A stretch of DNA of 64,000 bases from Laetmonice hystrix. Taxonomy: Eukaryota. The first letter of the stretch is position 1. Each line of letters starts with the position of its first letter. The stretch covers positions 5,952,001-6,016,000 of the forward strand of contig OZ249447.1 of NCBI GenBank assembly GCA_965235115.1, in the 5' to 3' direction. Positions 51,785-64,000 of this stretch are shown here, piece after piece. The translations under genes and the position numbers were made by a program. Under the pieces are notes generated by a model, which ran no database searches, was not told where the DNA came from, and was given only the letters and a program-made list of their open reading frames with translations.

Positions 51785-52174
51785 AAGTACGTTCGTTGTT
51801 CTGATCGCAAACCTTTGTAAAGTACGTTCGTTGTTCTGGTCGCAAACATTTGTGAAGTACGTTCGTTGTTCTGGTCGCAAACATTTGTGAAGTACGTTCG
51901 TTGTTCTGGTCGCAAACCTTTGTAAAGTACGTTCGTTGTTCTGGTCGCAAACCTTTGTAAAGTACGCTCGTTGTTCTGGTCGCAAACCTTTGTAAAGTAC
52001 GTTCGTTGTTCTGGTCGCAAACCTTTGTAAAGTACGTTCGTTGTTCTGGTCGCAAACCTTTGTAAAGTACGCTCGTTGTTCTGGTCGCAAACCTTTGTAA
52101 AGTACGTTCGTTGTTCTGGTCGCAAACCTTTGTAAAGTACGCTCGTTGTTCTGGTCGCAAACCTTTGTAAAGTA
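51785..52174. repeat. Minisatellite, 35-bp unit x11
   Basis: AAGTACGTTCGTTGTTCTGGTCGCAAACCTTTGTA. Confidence 0.97.
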
Positions 52175-54509
52175 GGCGATGCGTCAGAATATGAACAGGA
52201 CATAAAGTGGTAGACGCTGTTCACTCGCAGCCTCGGGTAGCGATCAATATAAGACACGCGTGCACTGTGTAACCATAATCTCTGGTTAGGTGTTTCTTGC
52301 AGTTTGTATATTATTTGTTACGAGGTGTGCGATATCTTAATTTGATTTTCCAATATACTCCTGTTGCCCACTCGTCAATATTATCTTTCATTTATTATTT
52401 ATTTATTTATTTTCTCGCGTTAATATTGTTCAACAAAATTTTACGTTTTTTAAAGAGTTTGTTTCCAGATCCAGTTCTGTTGCTGGACAGGGATCTATGT
52501 TGGCGTAGTTAATGAACAAACGGCAATGGGTTGAAAGTCACGGCCAGTGTCGATTAGTTCTGGCAGTGGCACACAGTGCAATCAGCACCTCGGCAGAATG
52601 AATTCGACTGATCCAGCCAGTCATTAATTGCCACAACTGATTAGGAACTGTAACTGAATTGGCTAAAGCAGTGGGAAGGTGAAGATAACACGTGCCCAGC
52701 TGATACGACTTTGTTGTTGGTTCCGTGTCCTGTTGCCATGACATTCTGACCCTGGTTTACACGTATCACCTTCGGCTGTACCACATTGCTGGAGTCAGGA
52801 CCTTTCTGGATAATTCCCAGCTTAAGAAAACAGTTTTAATCGTTCATCAAAATTCGTTTTAGCTTGGTTAAAGCTTGGGGGGGGGGGTAATGTTATAACT
52901 TCATAACGTATGATATATAGAAGAAGGGTCAATGTAGGTCTGCGTCCATAGCATTTTGCAGTGGTTCGTTGAGAAAAAGATCATACTGAGTGATGAGAAT
53001 TTGATTGGGCTGCCGATGGAATTCTACTTCTTCTTGGATTGGCGACACATAGTTTGAATATCGGTCAGTTTATGATATTTCGTCATGTTTAACTCGTTGT
53101 TTTTAACCAGTCACCTTTTGACCATGCAACGACGACTGAATTAATACGTCGAGGAATTTTGAAAGTCGTCCATTTTCTTTTTCATCCCCAAAAATGTGAG
53201 GTGAATGTAGATTGCGTACACTTTTAAAGAGGAGGAAATGCTTGATTTCTTTTTGGACCGTGAGGACAGTTAGCATCCTAGCAGCTGGACCGGAGGGTAG
53301 CTGCCAAAGAGACCCGGCCCGGCCTGGCTGCTGGCCAGTGCTATTACCGTCTTAACTCTGGGATGTTTGGGTCACGCTTACGGCTTCAGCAACTCGCCTG
53401 TTCGAACACAGGAGGTACATCTGCTTGAACGCCACCATCAACAACAACCCTGCCCTCTACACAAACAGATGGACCTGTCAACCTGCTCACAATTATCAAT
53501 AGCTTGGAGTTGCGCAGCCCAGTCCCGTGTCTGTTCGCGTTATCTCACCACCGGATTGTCATTGCGTTTCACATGGAAAAGGTCGACCTACGGAATTGGT
53601 TCGATATTGCCGGAACACAGGGCGTCTTTGCGATTATTTCGAAATGGTCCACTTGGCTGTAGGTTTATAAATAGTTTTGACGAGATATATGACGAGCGAA
53701 GGGATGCTGCTAATAGAAACCTCCAGTGGCCACCTGTCAGTGAACCAGAAGGCGTGAGTAAATCCGCTCGTGGTTTGCCGTCCTCGTAACTTCCGTGTGA
53801 TCTGTTCTGAGAAGGTCTATACAAACCCGCCCTGGCCTCCAGTCGACTGACAGACCTCAAAATCCATACTTTATTAGACACAACAACATCCTCTGACAGT
53901 GTCCGGGCGGAGACCTTGGCGGGGACCGTTTCTTCATTCGCTGCTGAAGACGTGCAGCCGGTTAGGGTCAGGCAGTCAGCTGGAAGTCTGAGGATACGTT
54001 AACGATCCCCGAGTATGAATATAGCAGCCGGACCGGGTGCAGACCTCATTCAAAGCTGTGTACATGGCAAGCCGACAGTGGGGCTGGCGGCTGGCCGGGC
54101 TGGCGGCTGGCCGGTAGAAAGAATCCCCTCTGGATGCCGATATGAGGCCCCTGAGCTCCTTCTTCATGAGAAGAGACCCAAGCTGATTAACATCCTACAA
54201 GCCTATATTCTGATAACCACGCCTGGATAAGACTCATACAGCTAACTCAGTGATAAATATTCAGATGAATGCCAGATCCCCGACGTTCAATATATAGAAG
54301 ATTTTGTATAAGCTTGAGAGGTAAAAATAGCGGCTGACTTCATTGTAACAGTCGACCTGTGACTGTTGAAGACAGGGGCGTATCTTAATGATCCCGCAGT
54401 GATCAGTGATAACATTTCATGCAAGCATTAGGTGCCACTGGGCCCTGTCAGTCTAGTGTCGGGTCACTGCCCTCGGAAGCCACATGCTTACATGTCACTT
54501 GCAGTCAGA

Positions 54510-55221
54510 CCAGGTGGCAGCATCTGTTGGAGTATATATCTGCAGGACTGCTGCTATGTATATCACGGCCTGCTTTTTTAAAACTTATATATTAAGATAT
54601 ATTATGGCACGAATTCAAGTTATACGTGCCGTTTCACAAAAAAATATGTCTGCATTGCGGTTCTCCGATATGATACAATGCTCCCCTACCTTCCTATGTG
54701 CACTTGGAGTATATTAGATCTTATTTCAGTCACTGAAAATGACCTACTTGGTTTCCGACACCGCCGCAGTTGGTATATTCCACGCTATGCAAATTATGGT
54801 TTGTGCCATTTAGAAGTTCTTCTGTCAGTATTCGCAATATAGATGTTCGATTTGTAAGAGCGAAAATAGATATCGAATATTGTCAGCATTATTCTCGAAA
54901 AAATCGCGGATATGTTTTTTCACGAATTCTGGAAATACATTCGTTGCGGGCTGAGCTCTACACCACAACAACAACCTTAACGATTACAAATGGCGGCATT
55001 CATCGTCTTTGTGTGCACTCCAGCTAGTTTTTGTAATTTTTCCACCATCAGGGGGAATTTCACAGCTGTCTACTGATAGATCGATTGGGCGGATGATTTT
55101 CTCCCTTTAAGTGTTTGCCTAAGCCTAAGCCTAAACGCTTCTGATTTGCTGGTCTAAGCAAACCAGCCTTAAGCTTAAACCTAAGCAAAAGAACTTAAGT
55201 CCAATATTCGTTACCACCTGG
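54510..55221 (-). mobile_element. Old internally deleted PIF/Harbinger element with transposase N-terminal remnant
   Basis: Degenerate TIRs CCAGGTGGCAGC (54510) / GTTACCACCTGG (55221). Minus-strand fragments DFFENNADNIRYLFS, ILRILTEELLNGTNHNLHSVE and GHFQ resemble the Harbinger N-terminal D.FDD.ELI.RYRFS / T.RNHAL.VE / GSFQ consensus. Confidence 0.5.
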
Positions 55222-55738
55222 TAACGTTCGCCCTGCTCCAGTGGTTCCTGCCAGTGCTGGCCACACAATAGACCTACCCCGGTGTTAAAATTGGTCAGTT
55301 ACAAATACTTTCTTAAATGCCTCCTATACCTGTAATAAGCACATAATAGCCTACTGTATATTTTCACATTGAACTGTAACAAATATCACAACCTTTGACG
55401 GAATATAACCAGTAAGAATCGGGACAAGAATGACAAATATCCGTTGTTAATTAATGTTGATGGTTTCAAATGCGAGTGTCGCGACACTGGACGACTTAAA
55501 TATGAGAAGTTGGCCCAGTTCGTCATGGCATTGTTTCATTGCCAGATGCCGATTGGAGAGCTGAAATGGGGACATGGTTCCGTTTGGGAGCTAAAGATGG
55601 TCTTTGTGTGCCGTTGTAATGAGGTGATCTTCCTGGTTGTGTCAGTGTGACCCCAGGGTAATCTAGGACGACATGTTCCGTCTTCACCCTGTCTGTCCAC
55701 ACAGGGCAGCGTACTCTCAATGTAATTACTGAGAGGCA

Positions 55739-56023
55739 GGGGATTATTGGTGCAAAGATATTATAGATAATTTATGGTACACCCCTGCAGGTTAACCTGT
55801 TATGAGTCCCTGATTTAGAGATTTTCTCAAGTAAAGGGTATTGGTGCAAAGTTATTATAGATAATTTATGGTACACCCCTCCAGGTTAACCAGTTATGAG
55901 TCCCTGATTTAGAGATTTTCTCAAGTAAAGGGTATTGGTGCAAAGTTATTATAGATAATTTATGGTACACCCCTGCAGGTTAACCAGTTATGAGTCCCTG
56001 ATTTAGAGATTTCCTCAAGTAAA
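55739..56023. repeat. Tandem repeat, 94-bp unit x3
   Basis: TATTGGTGC recurs at 55745, 55839 and 55933. Confidence 0.92.
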
Positions 56024-56843
56024 GGGGGGCTATACCTGTTCATGCGTGCCCCTTTCCCATTAAATTGGATATTCAGACCGTAATCATGTAATAATAATGC
56101 GCCATTGCTTGCCTGCTTGTTGTCTAAAGTAGGTAACAATAATTATTACCGTCATAGGTAGTAAGAGTATAGCTACCCTGTCAATATTGATATCAGTGTA
56201 ACGATCGAAGTGTAAGCAACTCTCGGCCATAATCATTTTAATCATCGTCGCATATAACACTGTCGGATCGTTTCTAGGTTATAAAAAAACACATCGCCAG
56301 CTATACTTTGAAAACTGACGCCTCCATTCATAACCAACGTATATTGTTTAGATACTGGTATACGGATGTTTTAGCTAATTAAAAAAAGGCATTAGCACAG
56401 CATGTAAGGAGAGCTTATATTACCGCCATGTGGATCCAGAAACCCCAAGAAAAGAGCACCCCCCCCCCCCAAAAAAAAGACATATTAGGAGAAAGGAAAG
56501 AAGGCCCCTTTTTTAAATTCATATTCATATATTTGTAGATTACATATTGTGAAAGGACTCATATATAAGAAATTTGTATGTAGTATAACAATTTCATCAA
56601 AATATGAATTCCATTCAAGATCAAAATAATACAAGTAGATATTCAGAGGGACAAAGCAATACACATAAATTGACAGTCATCTTAAATATCTCCATCACAA
56701 TTTCATGATTTTGACCGCCACTACAGATAAATATTTGTGGTGAAACGATCATCATGACAGACATGGCACACAGTGTGCACGAGCCTGGGTATCATTCGAG
56801 TCGTGTACAGCTATAAAACACCTTGGGATAAGTATGACGTGTG

Positions 56844-56864
56844 CAGCAGCAGCAGCAGCAGCAG
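56844..56864. repeat. (CAG)7 microsatellite
   Basis: Directly visible. Confidence 0.9.
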
Positions 56865-56879
56865 CTGTTTCCGACTTGC

Positions 56880-57380
56880 CGGTCACGTCTTGTCGACGAC
56901 CAAGTCCACCCAAGGTCGTACAGGAGGGGGGCGCCGCCCGTCACATGGCTTAGTGACCGTATAACAACGCCGGTCAAAGCCGTGCGCGTCCTCTTATTTG
57001 CACGCCGCGTTCGATTCAATGGGCTTCGGCGACGTGGAAGCGATTTTGGTATATTACCTCGTTAGGCGTGGACTCCAAACAGGCCCGATGGTACGGAGCT
57101 CCTGCCCTCTGCTTCCAATAAATGGCGGACAGTATCGACCCTTGTGCTGACGACACATCAGTCCCGTCCCGGCGGGCGGGGTACGTGTCCAATGTCCAGG
57201 ACCCTCGGAACGCTGTCTGCCGCCATGGCGCTCCTATACCCCTCAACTGGACCCAAACTATGCCATATTCAGCCCAATATACGCAGGCCCGGGGGGATAA
57301 ATCTTCCAGGCACCCTGGCTGGCTCCAACGGCCTGCCATCCCAAGTTGCCGAGGATTTGTAAAGCCTCCCTCCCCGACGG
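56880..57380 (+). mobile_element. Probable decayed DIRS-type retrotransposon fragment (RNase H end / adenine-methyltransferase-like domain)
   Basis: Across frameshifts: SIDPCAD, GYVSNVQDP, LNWTQT, YAIFSPI, QARGDKS and IFQAPWLAPTA. These follow the DIRS order IDLFAS..YVS..PDP..L.W..YAFPP..D.A..ILVAP.WP. Confidence 0.45.
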
Positions 57381-57681
57381 CATAGTTCAAAATCTCACGT
57401 GTCACTCTCAGAAGATATAATGCTGGCACATAATGAACAGATAATGTTGGGCAGGAATGCGTGAAACTTTGCCGAGGCGTCGGGCATAAATTATTACAGC
57501 ATGCCTTCCATGCCTTATGTACATAGGTAAACACATAGTCTCATTCCCTGCAAAACAGTTTTGTTTTTGTCTTTTTTATTTTCATAACTTTGACCAGTAT
57601 AAAGGGACTCCGGTATTGTCCGGTCTTCTGTCCCTGCTACTCTGGACTCCAATTTACTGGCTCTATAGTATAGGCTATAGG

Positions 57682-57749
57682 CCTATTTTCATTTTGTTCC
57701 TATTTTCATTTTGTTCCTATTTTCATTTTGTTCCTATTTTCATTTTGTT
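57682..57749. repeat. 17-bp unit x4 (CCTATTTTCATTTTGTT)
   Basis: Directly visible. Confidence 0.92.
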
Positions 57750-59569
57750 TACCCTCTCGGTTGAGAAATGCAAATAGTGCATTATAATAATCGGAAGAGA
57801 TAATGGCACAAATTACAGACACAATCAATGAACCCATAGTAACTATTAGATGAATGTTCTCTTATTTCATGTTTTACGGGAAACGTGAGTGATATATAAC
57901 ACTGGGACATGGAACTATAGACCGACATCAAATCGGTGATAAAACAGCCGTGAATCCTGCACCCGCCAGCCATGAGGGTCATGTGATAGCCAGCCATCGC
58001 CTCGGGTGGTCAAACACCCAGAATGATCGCAGTGTATGACACTTAATACTACACATACCTGCTGGCAGTATTACCACAGAGGTTTCACACCCGGACATAT
58101 CAATAACCAGCCAGGAAAAGAGCGGGGTGCCGGACGTTTAGCAAACGGTTTACAAAATGTTTTAGGAAGATTTCTACCCGTTTTAATCAAATTTTCCCAA
58201 ATGCTTTGGAAACGTTAAGACTTTTTGGTTGTTGTTGCTGGAATGTTGGCTGGGATTACAGTCATCTCATCGAGTACGCATGGGCGAGAGATGGTAACCC
58301 TGGTTACGGCGGAGGGCGCCGGAGCCCCCGAGCAGCACCTTTTAATGGAACCCCTGTTCTCATATAGCACGGAATCCCAGGTATTGGAACCCTTTTAACT
58401 AATTGGTGAAGGACGACGGACCGTGCCTAGGGCTAGATCGTTCAGAGGTTTCCACGTCACTGCATCCTCATACACCTTGTGAAGGTCACGATGATGTACT
58501 TCAAAGTACAAACAACACGGCGAGACAAGAAGCATCCGAGGAGGCAAGGACTTTTAGGGTTTCTTCCAGGATTTTGGAGGGGGGCTTATGGAACGTATTT
58601 TCTACAAAGAGTGGTTCAGCAAGGTCAAGTCATTTTTTTCTGGTGGGAGGGGGGGGGGGGTATTAATGCTCTTACAATCTCAAGCGAAGCTCACACGATA
58701 GAGCTGAGAGAAGGAGCACGTACATAAAATTGAATGTAAAGACTTGCCATAAAATGGCCATTGGCGAGGCATTGTTCCATTGTTGAGTCTGTCCTGTCAA
58801 TGTACGCAAGTAGCGGACGCTGCTGACAGAGCAATTACGTTTGGGGGTAATAGGATAGGGAGGGGTGGGTTATCTGGGAGGGTGCAGTCGGGGAGGGTTA
58901 TTAACGACCTCGTCACGACCTAGTGGGTGTGATGGGGTTGAAATCGAAGAACCAATAATTATAAGAGCTGTGATTTCAAATCGCGCTTTTTGGGCTGGGG
59001 TTATCACGTTGGGAATTATTCTAGGTCATCATATCGAATGGCGCCGAAATGTCTCGTAAATAACACCCTCACACTGGACGACCACATGCCATTCTCAATC
59101 CTCCACACCCCAAGTGGTAAAGTGATCATCGGAATTAGGCTAATTACTTAAGAAGCTGCCAAGATCGGACCGATTTGTTGGGATCGTCTCTGGCCCTAAC
59201 ATGGGCGGTGGTCAACTTTGGGAGGGTCGGGTTTCGTGAGGAGGATCTGTGAGAGGTTTAGGTGGGACGGGTTATGGCGCCGCTGCCAGGCCTTGTGATG
59301 CTTGATGATGTTGACATGATGCACACAGATCGGAGACCGGGGTGGTATCACAGCAACGGCCTTGAATCCCCCCACCCCCCTCCCACATACACACACCTCC
59401 CTGACTACCACCTCAGCCGGGGGTACGGGTAGTAAGTACACCTAGCCGATTTATTCCTTAATACCCACCCAGCCCCCTGTGAATAGTTGTATTCTCCTTA
59501 ATGAAAACCCTATAATAGCGGTAAGCTGTGATCCTAATAACAAGCCGCATCATTTCCTGGCCCCAAGGC

Positions 59570-59640
59570 GTGGGTGTCTACCGTGGTCGGAAATCGTTGG
59601 AGTTCATTCCTTGTACATTGGAACATCAGCAGGAAGTGGC
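59570..59640 (-). mobile_element. Possible small LINE RT fragment
   Basis: VPMYKE..(frameshift)..SNDFRP resembles VPIYKKG...NDYRPIS. Confidence 0.15.
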
Positions 59641-62050
59641 CACACGCCTGCAGAGGCCGCCAACCTATTGAAGCAGCACTGACATTGCTAGAGTTCATTT
59701 TACACTATTAAATATGGATGTGCTTCCATGACAGACCCTTCAATGCACTGCCTGTTTTATCTTCCGAAATAGATTAAGGCGATGCATTGTGCGAAGGATC
59801 AAGAGATCTAGGGTTGCAGCGAACTCCCACCTAATCACAATTAACATAGCTAAGTGTCTTCTAGGTCACTGCACTCTGATGCTTTCTCAAGGCAGCTACT
59901 TTATATTGCAAAAACAATACTTAAAAAGCATTGCAGTATATGCTAGGCATACGGCTGTCACAATGTAACAGCCCGTGCGGAAGGAAGTAAAAATAAACCA
60001 TTTGAAGCTATTGCCTTCCGGCAAAAATCTATTAAGGCCGTTTCCTAGTAAAATCCATACTACCATTTAAGGCAATCGACATTAAGTATTTTTTAACATA
60101 CACTATCTTATTTTGATGCAGTGTAGGCTGAATGTGCCCTGGTCTATAAATAAGCTAGCCTCTGGCTTGGCACGACCCTTGAATGTTATGTGGATGTCAA
60201 TGTAGCGAGCACGCAGGGGAAAAAAATCCTATGCCAACACTCGTCATGATGTAGAGGGCCCCGGGGTGTCATCTTAATGATCCACAAAATGTTATTACCA
60301 TGTCGCCGTCTGCCTGTGACGCCACATTACCTTCTTAAAGGGAGGAGATATACCTGCCTTTATGGAGACACCACCGAATACTGGCGGCTGTTTACGGCAT
60401 CGTTATGGCTGGAATCGTCGCAACCCCAAACAACATCTAATGTTTAACCTACCACGATCAACGTGCACGTCACTTACAAGTTATTCTCTCTTAAAGGTTG
60501 CTATGGCAACTGATTGCTTTCTGACATAATATAGCTCTACATCAACATTTCTAATAAGAGAAATGACAAGGAAATTGATCTAATGATATGATATGGCTGA
60601 TACTGGGACTTTTGGTAAAACGGTCATGAGTGATAAATTATCTGCAGTCATAGGAAACCCCATGAGGAACGTCTATTTAGATTTAGAATGGCGTGATGTT
60701 CAGAGGCCGACAAAGAAATAACACGTTTGTCGTATGGAATTGCATGAAAAAGTTCGGTGGGCAATGTCTCATTTTGTTCTTGGAAAGGGTGATTGGGGGG
60801 GGGGGGGGGTGAGAGTAGAAGGAAGCGCCATGCTGGCACTATGTAACGGCAAACGCTTGCATTTATTCGGAATTCTCTATCCCCGCAGGTTTTCTTAATT
60901 ACGTCGCGGTTTGTTTCCAAAAATGGGGACTTTGTGTCCACATCCTCAGGAAAACAGATTAGTCAGGAAAGATGGTTCATTTTTTTAGTTGATTTTGTTC
61001 CGTTTTGGCGCATGCCCATGGGTTGTGTCGGATGACACCAGAGAGTGGCGTACAACCCCACCGGCTGACATTGCCAAGCCACGGCCTTCCAGCTTGTCTG
61101 GGTGGGGGATTAAACCAATACCGAGTTTAGGCAGGATTCAATTGGGTTAACAGCAAGGGGGCTCATGGGTTTTAATACCACTGTGGGAATGGGATTACGG
61201 ATACACAGTAACCTGACGCAAGCCGGAATATAGACTTCATGGCTACATTTACTGCCATATTCTTGCTATTGTAGAGAGATTGCCGCGAGCCCTTGTCACT
61301 CTTGTAGTGCTATACTGGTCCGCCAGGCGCCGAGCCACCATCACAATACATATATACGGGAGCCCTGAGCCAACATGTCCGATACACAAAGGCAAGCCGC
61401 CTGAAAGTCCGGTTTCAATAACGCTATGCTCCCCAGGGCTAAATGTGACCGACAAATCGTGCGCGGTATATGGGTTGGTATAGGGAGACTGGCAACATGA
61501 AGGCATGGTATGCCTTCTACCTGTTAAACCAGCACAGTCAATCTAATGGAAATGGATACAGTGCAACCACTGTGGCATCATTGGTTTACATCCACGGTCT
61601 TCCACATCTTCTGTTCCACTAGGCACTCCGGGATTACAACCTCTATAGTTCTACAGTGTAGTATAAAGTATACCACCTCGATATGGCCTAACCCAGATCC
61701 AAGACCATATCTTATCTCTGTCCTTTTAATTTTCTAAAGACCCTAATTGCATTTGTATAATGATTATGTGGCATTTGCTGTGGATTACTGGAGAGCGTCT
61801 AAATGATGCCCGTCATAGTATAATTCTCATGGAGATGCGGAATAAGGTGAGGATTGAAACTGGTTGCTTCATGGCGTGATGGTCAGGTCGTGTGCTTCAT
61901 GGCGTGATGGTCAGGTCGTGACCTTGCCTCACGTACACGGCGCCAAACGTGTGGCGAAACCTCTCTATTATGACGCTGTACGAACCTTGGGATTGCGATC
62001 TACACGGCTCGCTGGAGCTGTGAACTTGTATGTGATCCCTCATGTTTGGT

Positions 62051-62410
62051 TCATCACCTTGGACCGTTTCACGGACCGTGAGCTTCTGTACGTGTGATTC
62101 CACAAACTGCTCATCACCTTGGATCGTTTCACGGACCGTGAGCCTCTGTACGTGTGACTCCACAAACTGCTCATCACCTTGGACCGTTTCCCGGACCGTG
62201 AGCCTCTATACGTGTGACTCCACAAACTGCTCATCACCTTGGACCGTTTCACGGACAGTGAACCTCTATACGTGTGACTCCACAAACTGCTCATCACCTT
62301 GGACCGTTTCACGGACCGTGAGCCTCTGTACGTGTGATTCCACAAACTGGTCATCACCTTGGACCGTTTCACGGACCGTGAGCCTCTATACGTGTGACTC
62401 CACAAACTGT
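62051..62410. repeat. Minisatellite, 60-bp unit x6
   Basis: TCATCACCTTGGACCGTTTCACGGACCGTGAGCCTCTGTACGTGTGACTCCACAAACTGC, in register with the 60-nt lines. Confidence 0.97.
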
Positions 62411-64000
62411 CACCTGAGATTGAGAAGGGGCATGTTTCAAACAGCAGCAGTGTACTGGAAACTACCAGCGGAGATCATGATATGTCCTCCAGTTACCAGT
62501 GGCATGATGATGGTGGTGTAGGTTAGACCATGGTAGCGGCTAGAATTCCACAGGTGCAGGTTATACCATCGTCATGTCCATTCAGCAACGATAGCCATGA
62601 TTATCATATATCAAAGATTATGTCAGGTAAAGTTAGTTTTTCAAACTCGGCATAATGGTGCTTTTAAAAACAGTATCATGAAATATCACTTAATCATCTT
62701 ATATAGAAGGTTAGCAGAAAGGGGTGTTCGGATTGCGAGGTATACGGGTGAAAGGAGCGCGGATAAACGGAACCTGACTGCTAATTTCACAAAGAGTCGC
62801 ATGAAAGCAGGAAACGCATCGTTTTGAAGAAAACATTATTTCGGTTTCTAAGAACTCGCCGGTAGAACCGGTGAAATTCGTCTCTGGCTAAACGCCTCGG
62901 TTTTCTGACAAGTGTCTGCATGCTTGAGAAGGCGCCCGGTGATTTCTATTTCAGTAGGCAGTTGGTGTTTGGACAGCCCCACATCGATATCGTTGTCATA
63001 TTGACAGCCTTGACAGCTCGGACGGCACGAGAGTTTGAAGCTATTTTGAGGTTGGGAAAGGATAAGGAGAAGCTGCTTTCAGCTGCTAACATAGAAGTCC
63101 AATAAGCCACGATATTTGTGATTGCACGAGAAAGAATACTTGGAGCAGAATGCACAAGTACATTTGGTAATCATGATGAAGTTGAAGCACTCATTAAAAC
63201 AACCAAAAAGAACAAACGTGTTCATTGATATGCAGATCGGCGGAATGTTGGAAATGTTCGTAGTTTATCATGCAGGAGAGGTATTTATATGACGCCCTGC
63301 CCCATGATTACCTGCTTTGAGATGAGATTGCAAGCGTACAGGCTAGTGATCAGTTCCTACCATGGTACTGGAAATGACCACCTCGTGTATGGAGCGCGAC
63401 GTTCAAATTACAGCAGATCCATCACAAATGAATGATCTGAAACTGCTTGAATTTGTATTACTGTACCTGTCAATGAACATTACACATTGGTTGTGTATTA
63501 TGTACACGTACATTCTGTGTTATGTTGATAACAATGATAACTGTGAATCTAAGAATTCATCGCAGATATGATTAATGTAATATTTAATTCCATATTAATG
63601 TAAGCGCCATTGGTCTGTGTTACATGGTTAGATTAGGTTTCTGCTCCTATATTAACCAAAACACAGTTTTGTTGTAGAAAGAAACCATATGCCATGTCGA
63701 TACCTCGTGTCATTTGTTTCTTTTAAATTGTTCTTAACGATTCAATAATGTCGCCAATTATCGAACCCTTTTAGCGATGGAAGCCAAATGTCGCCCAGTG
63801 TTTGTCGCAGGAACTAGTTAGGAGGGGAACCTTACTGTGTGAGTGCGTGCCCAGCTCCGAGATCCGTTCTGATCAGCTCCCACCTGCTCAACCAAGCGTC
63901 GTTTTGGTGAAGCGTTAAATGTGGTTACTATATCCGAGTGTGGACATGACGTGATAAACAACGACCTCAGTGTAATTGTCCGCCAGTATATTGTCGCCCC

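Noticed and set aside
51641-52257. Three 149-177-aa minus ORFs
   Set aside because: A 35-bp unit lacking stops is open in all frames; not evidence of coding.
53367-53789. Crypton tyrosine recombinase (HSLRAT.ATRLF-like) relic / 140-aa ORF
   Set aside because: It needs two indels to make the motif, and the downstream GH.S..Y catalytic motif is absent.
56841-57065. Poly-Gln-initiated ORF
   Set aside because: Starts in a (CAG)7 tract without a true ATG context; the remainder is better explained as TE relic.
60491-60660. X-box GTTGCTATGGCAAC at 60497 as a promoter
   Set aside because: It directly follows TTAA|AG like a Kolobok terminus, so it is probably TE-derived; the partner TIR is too degenerate to call.
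4751-62410. Enrichment of array units with length divisible by 3
   Set aside because: About 6 of 15 arrays, close to the one-third expected by chance.

Overview
Gene-poor, repeat-rich eukaryotic DNA; the transposon repertoire suggests an invertebrate metazoan (inference). There are two assembly gaps (N runs at 20462-20644 and 22336-22475). I could not confidently identify any intact protein-coding gene, rRNA, tRNA or CRISPR array. Most long ORFs in the track are by-products of tandem repeats, microsatellites or N runs. Directly visible: about 15 unrelated minisatellite arrays (units 26-138 bp, about 7.7 kb or 12% of the window by my tally); two internally deleted PIF/Harbinger elements retaining transposase remnants (11501-13425, 54510-55221); four TTAA-flanked Kolobok-type MITE copies; two CAG...CTG MITEs with 5-bp TSDs; a decayed SINE; a probable DIRS-type RNase H/methyltransferase remnant; and two promoter-like motif clusters at 41.8 and 44.0 kb. 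No new biological system is demonstrated. The best leads are the 45-bp array with a signal-peptide-like, propeptide-like ORF, the hairpin-bearing arrays, the promoter clusters, and an unassigned LTR/virus-like segment in the first 2.4 kb. All protein-family assignments come from manual translation and remembered consensus motifs, not database searches.
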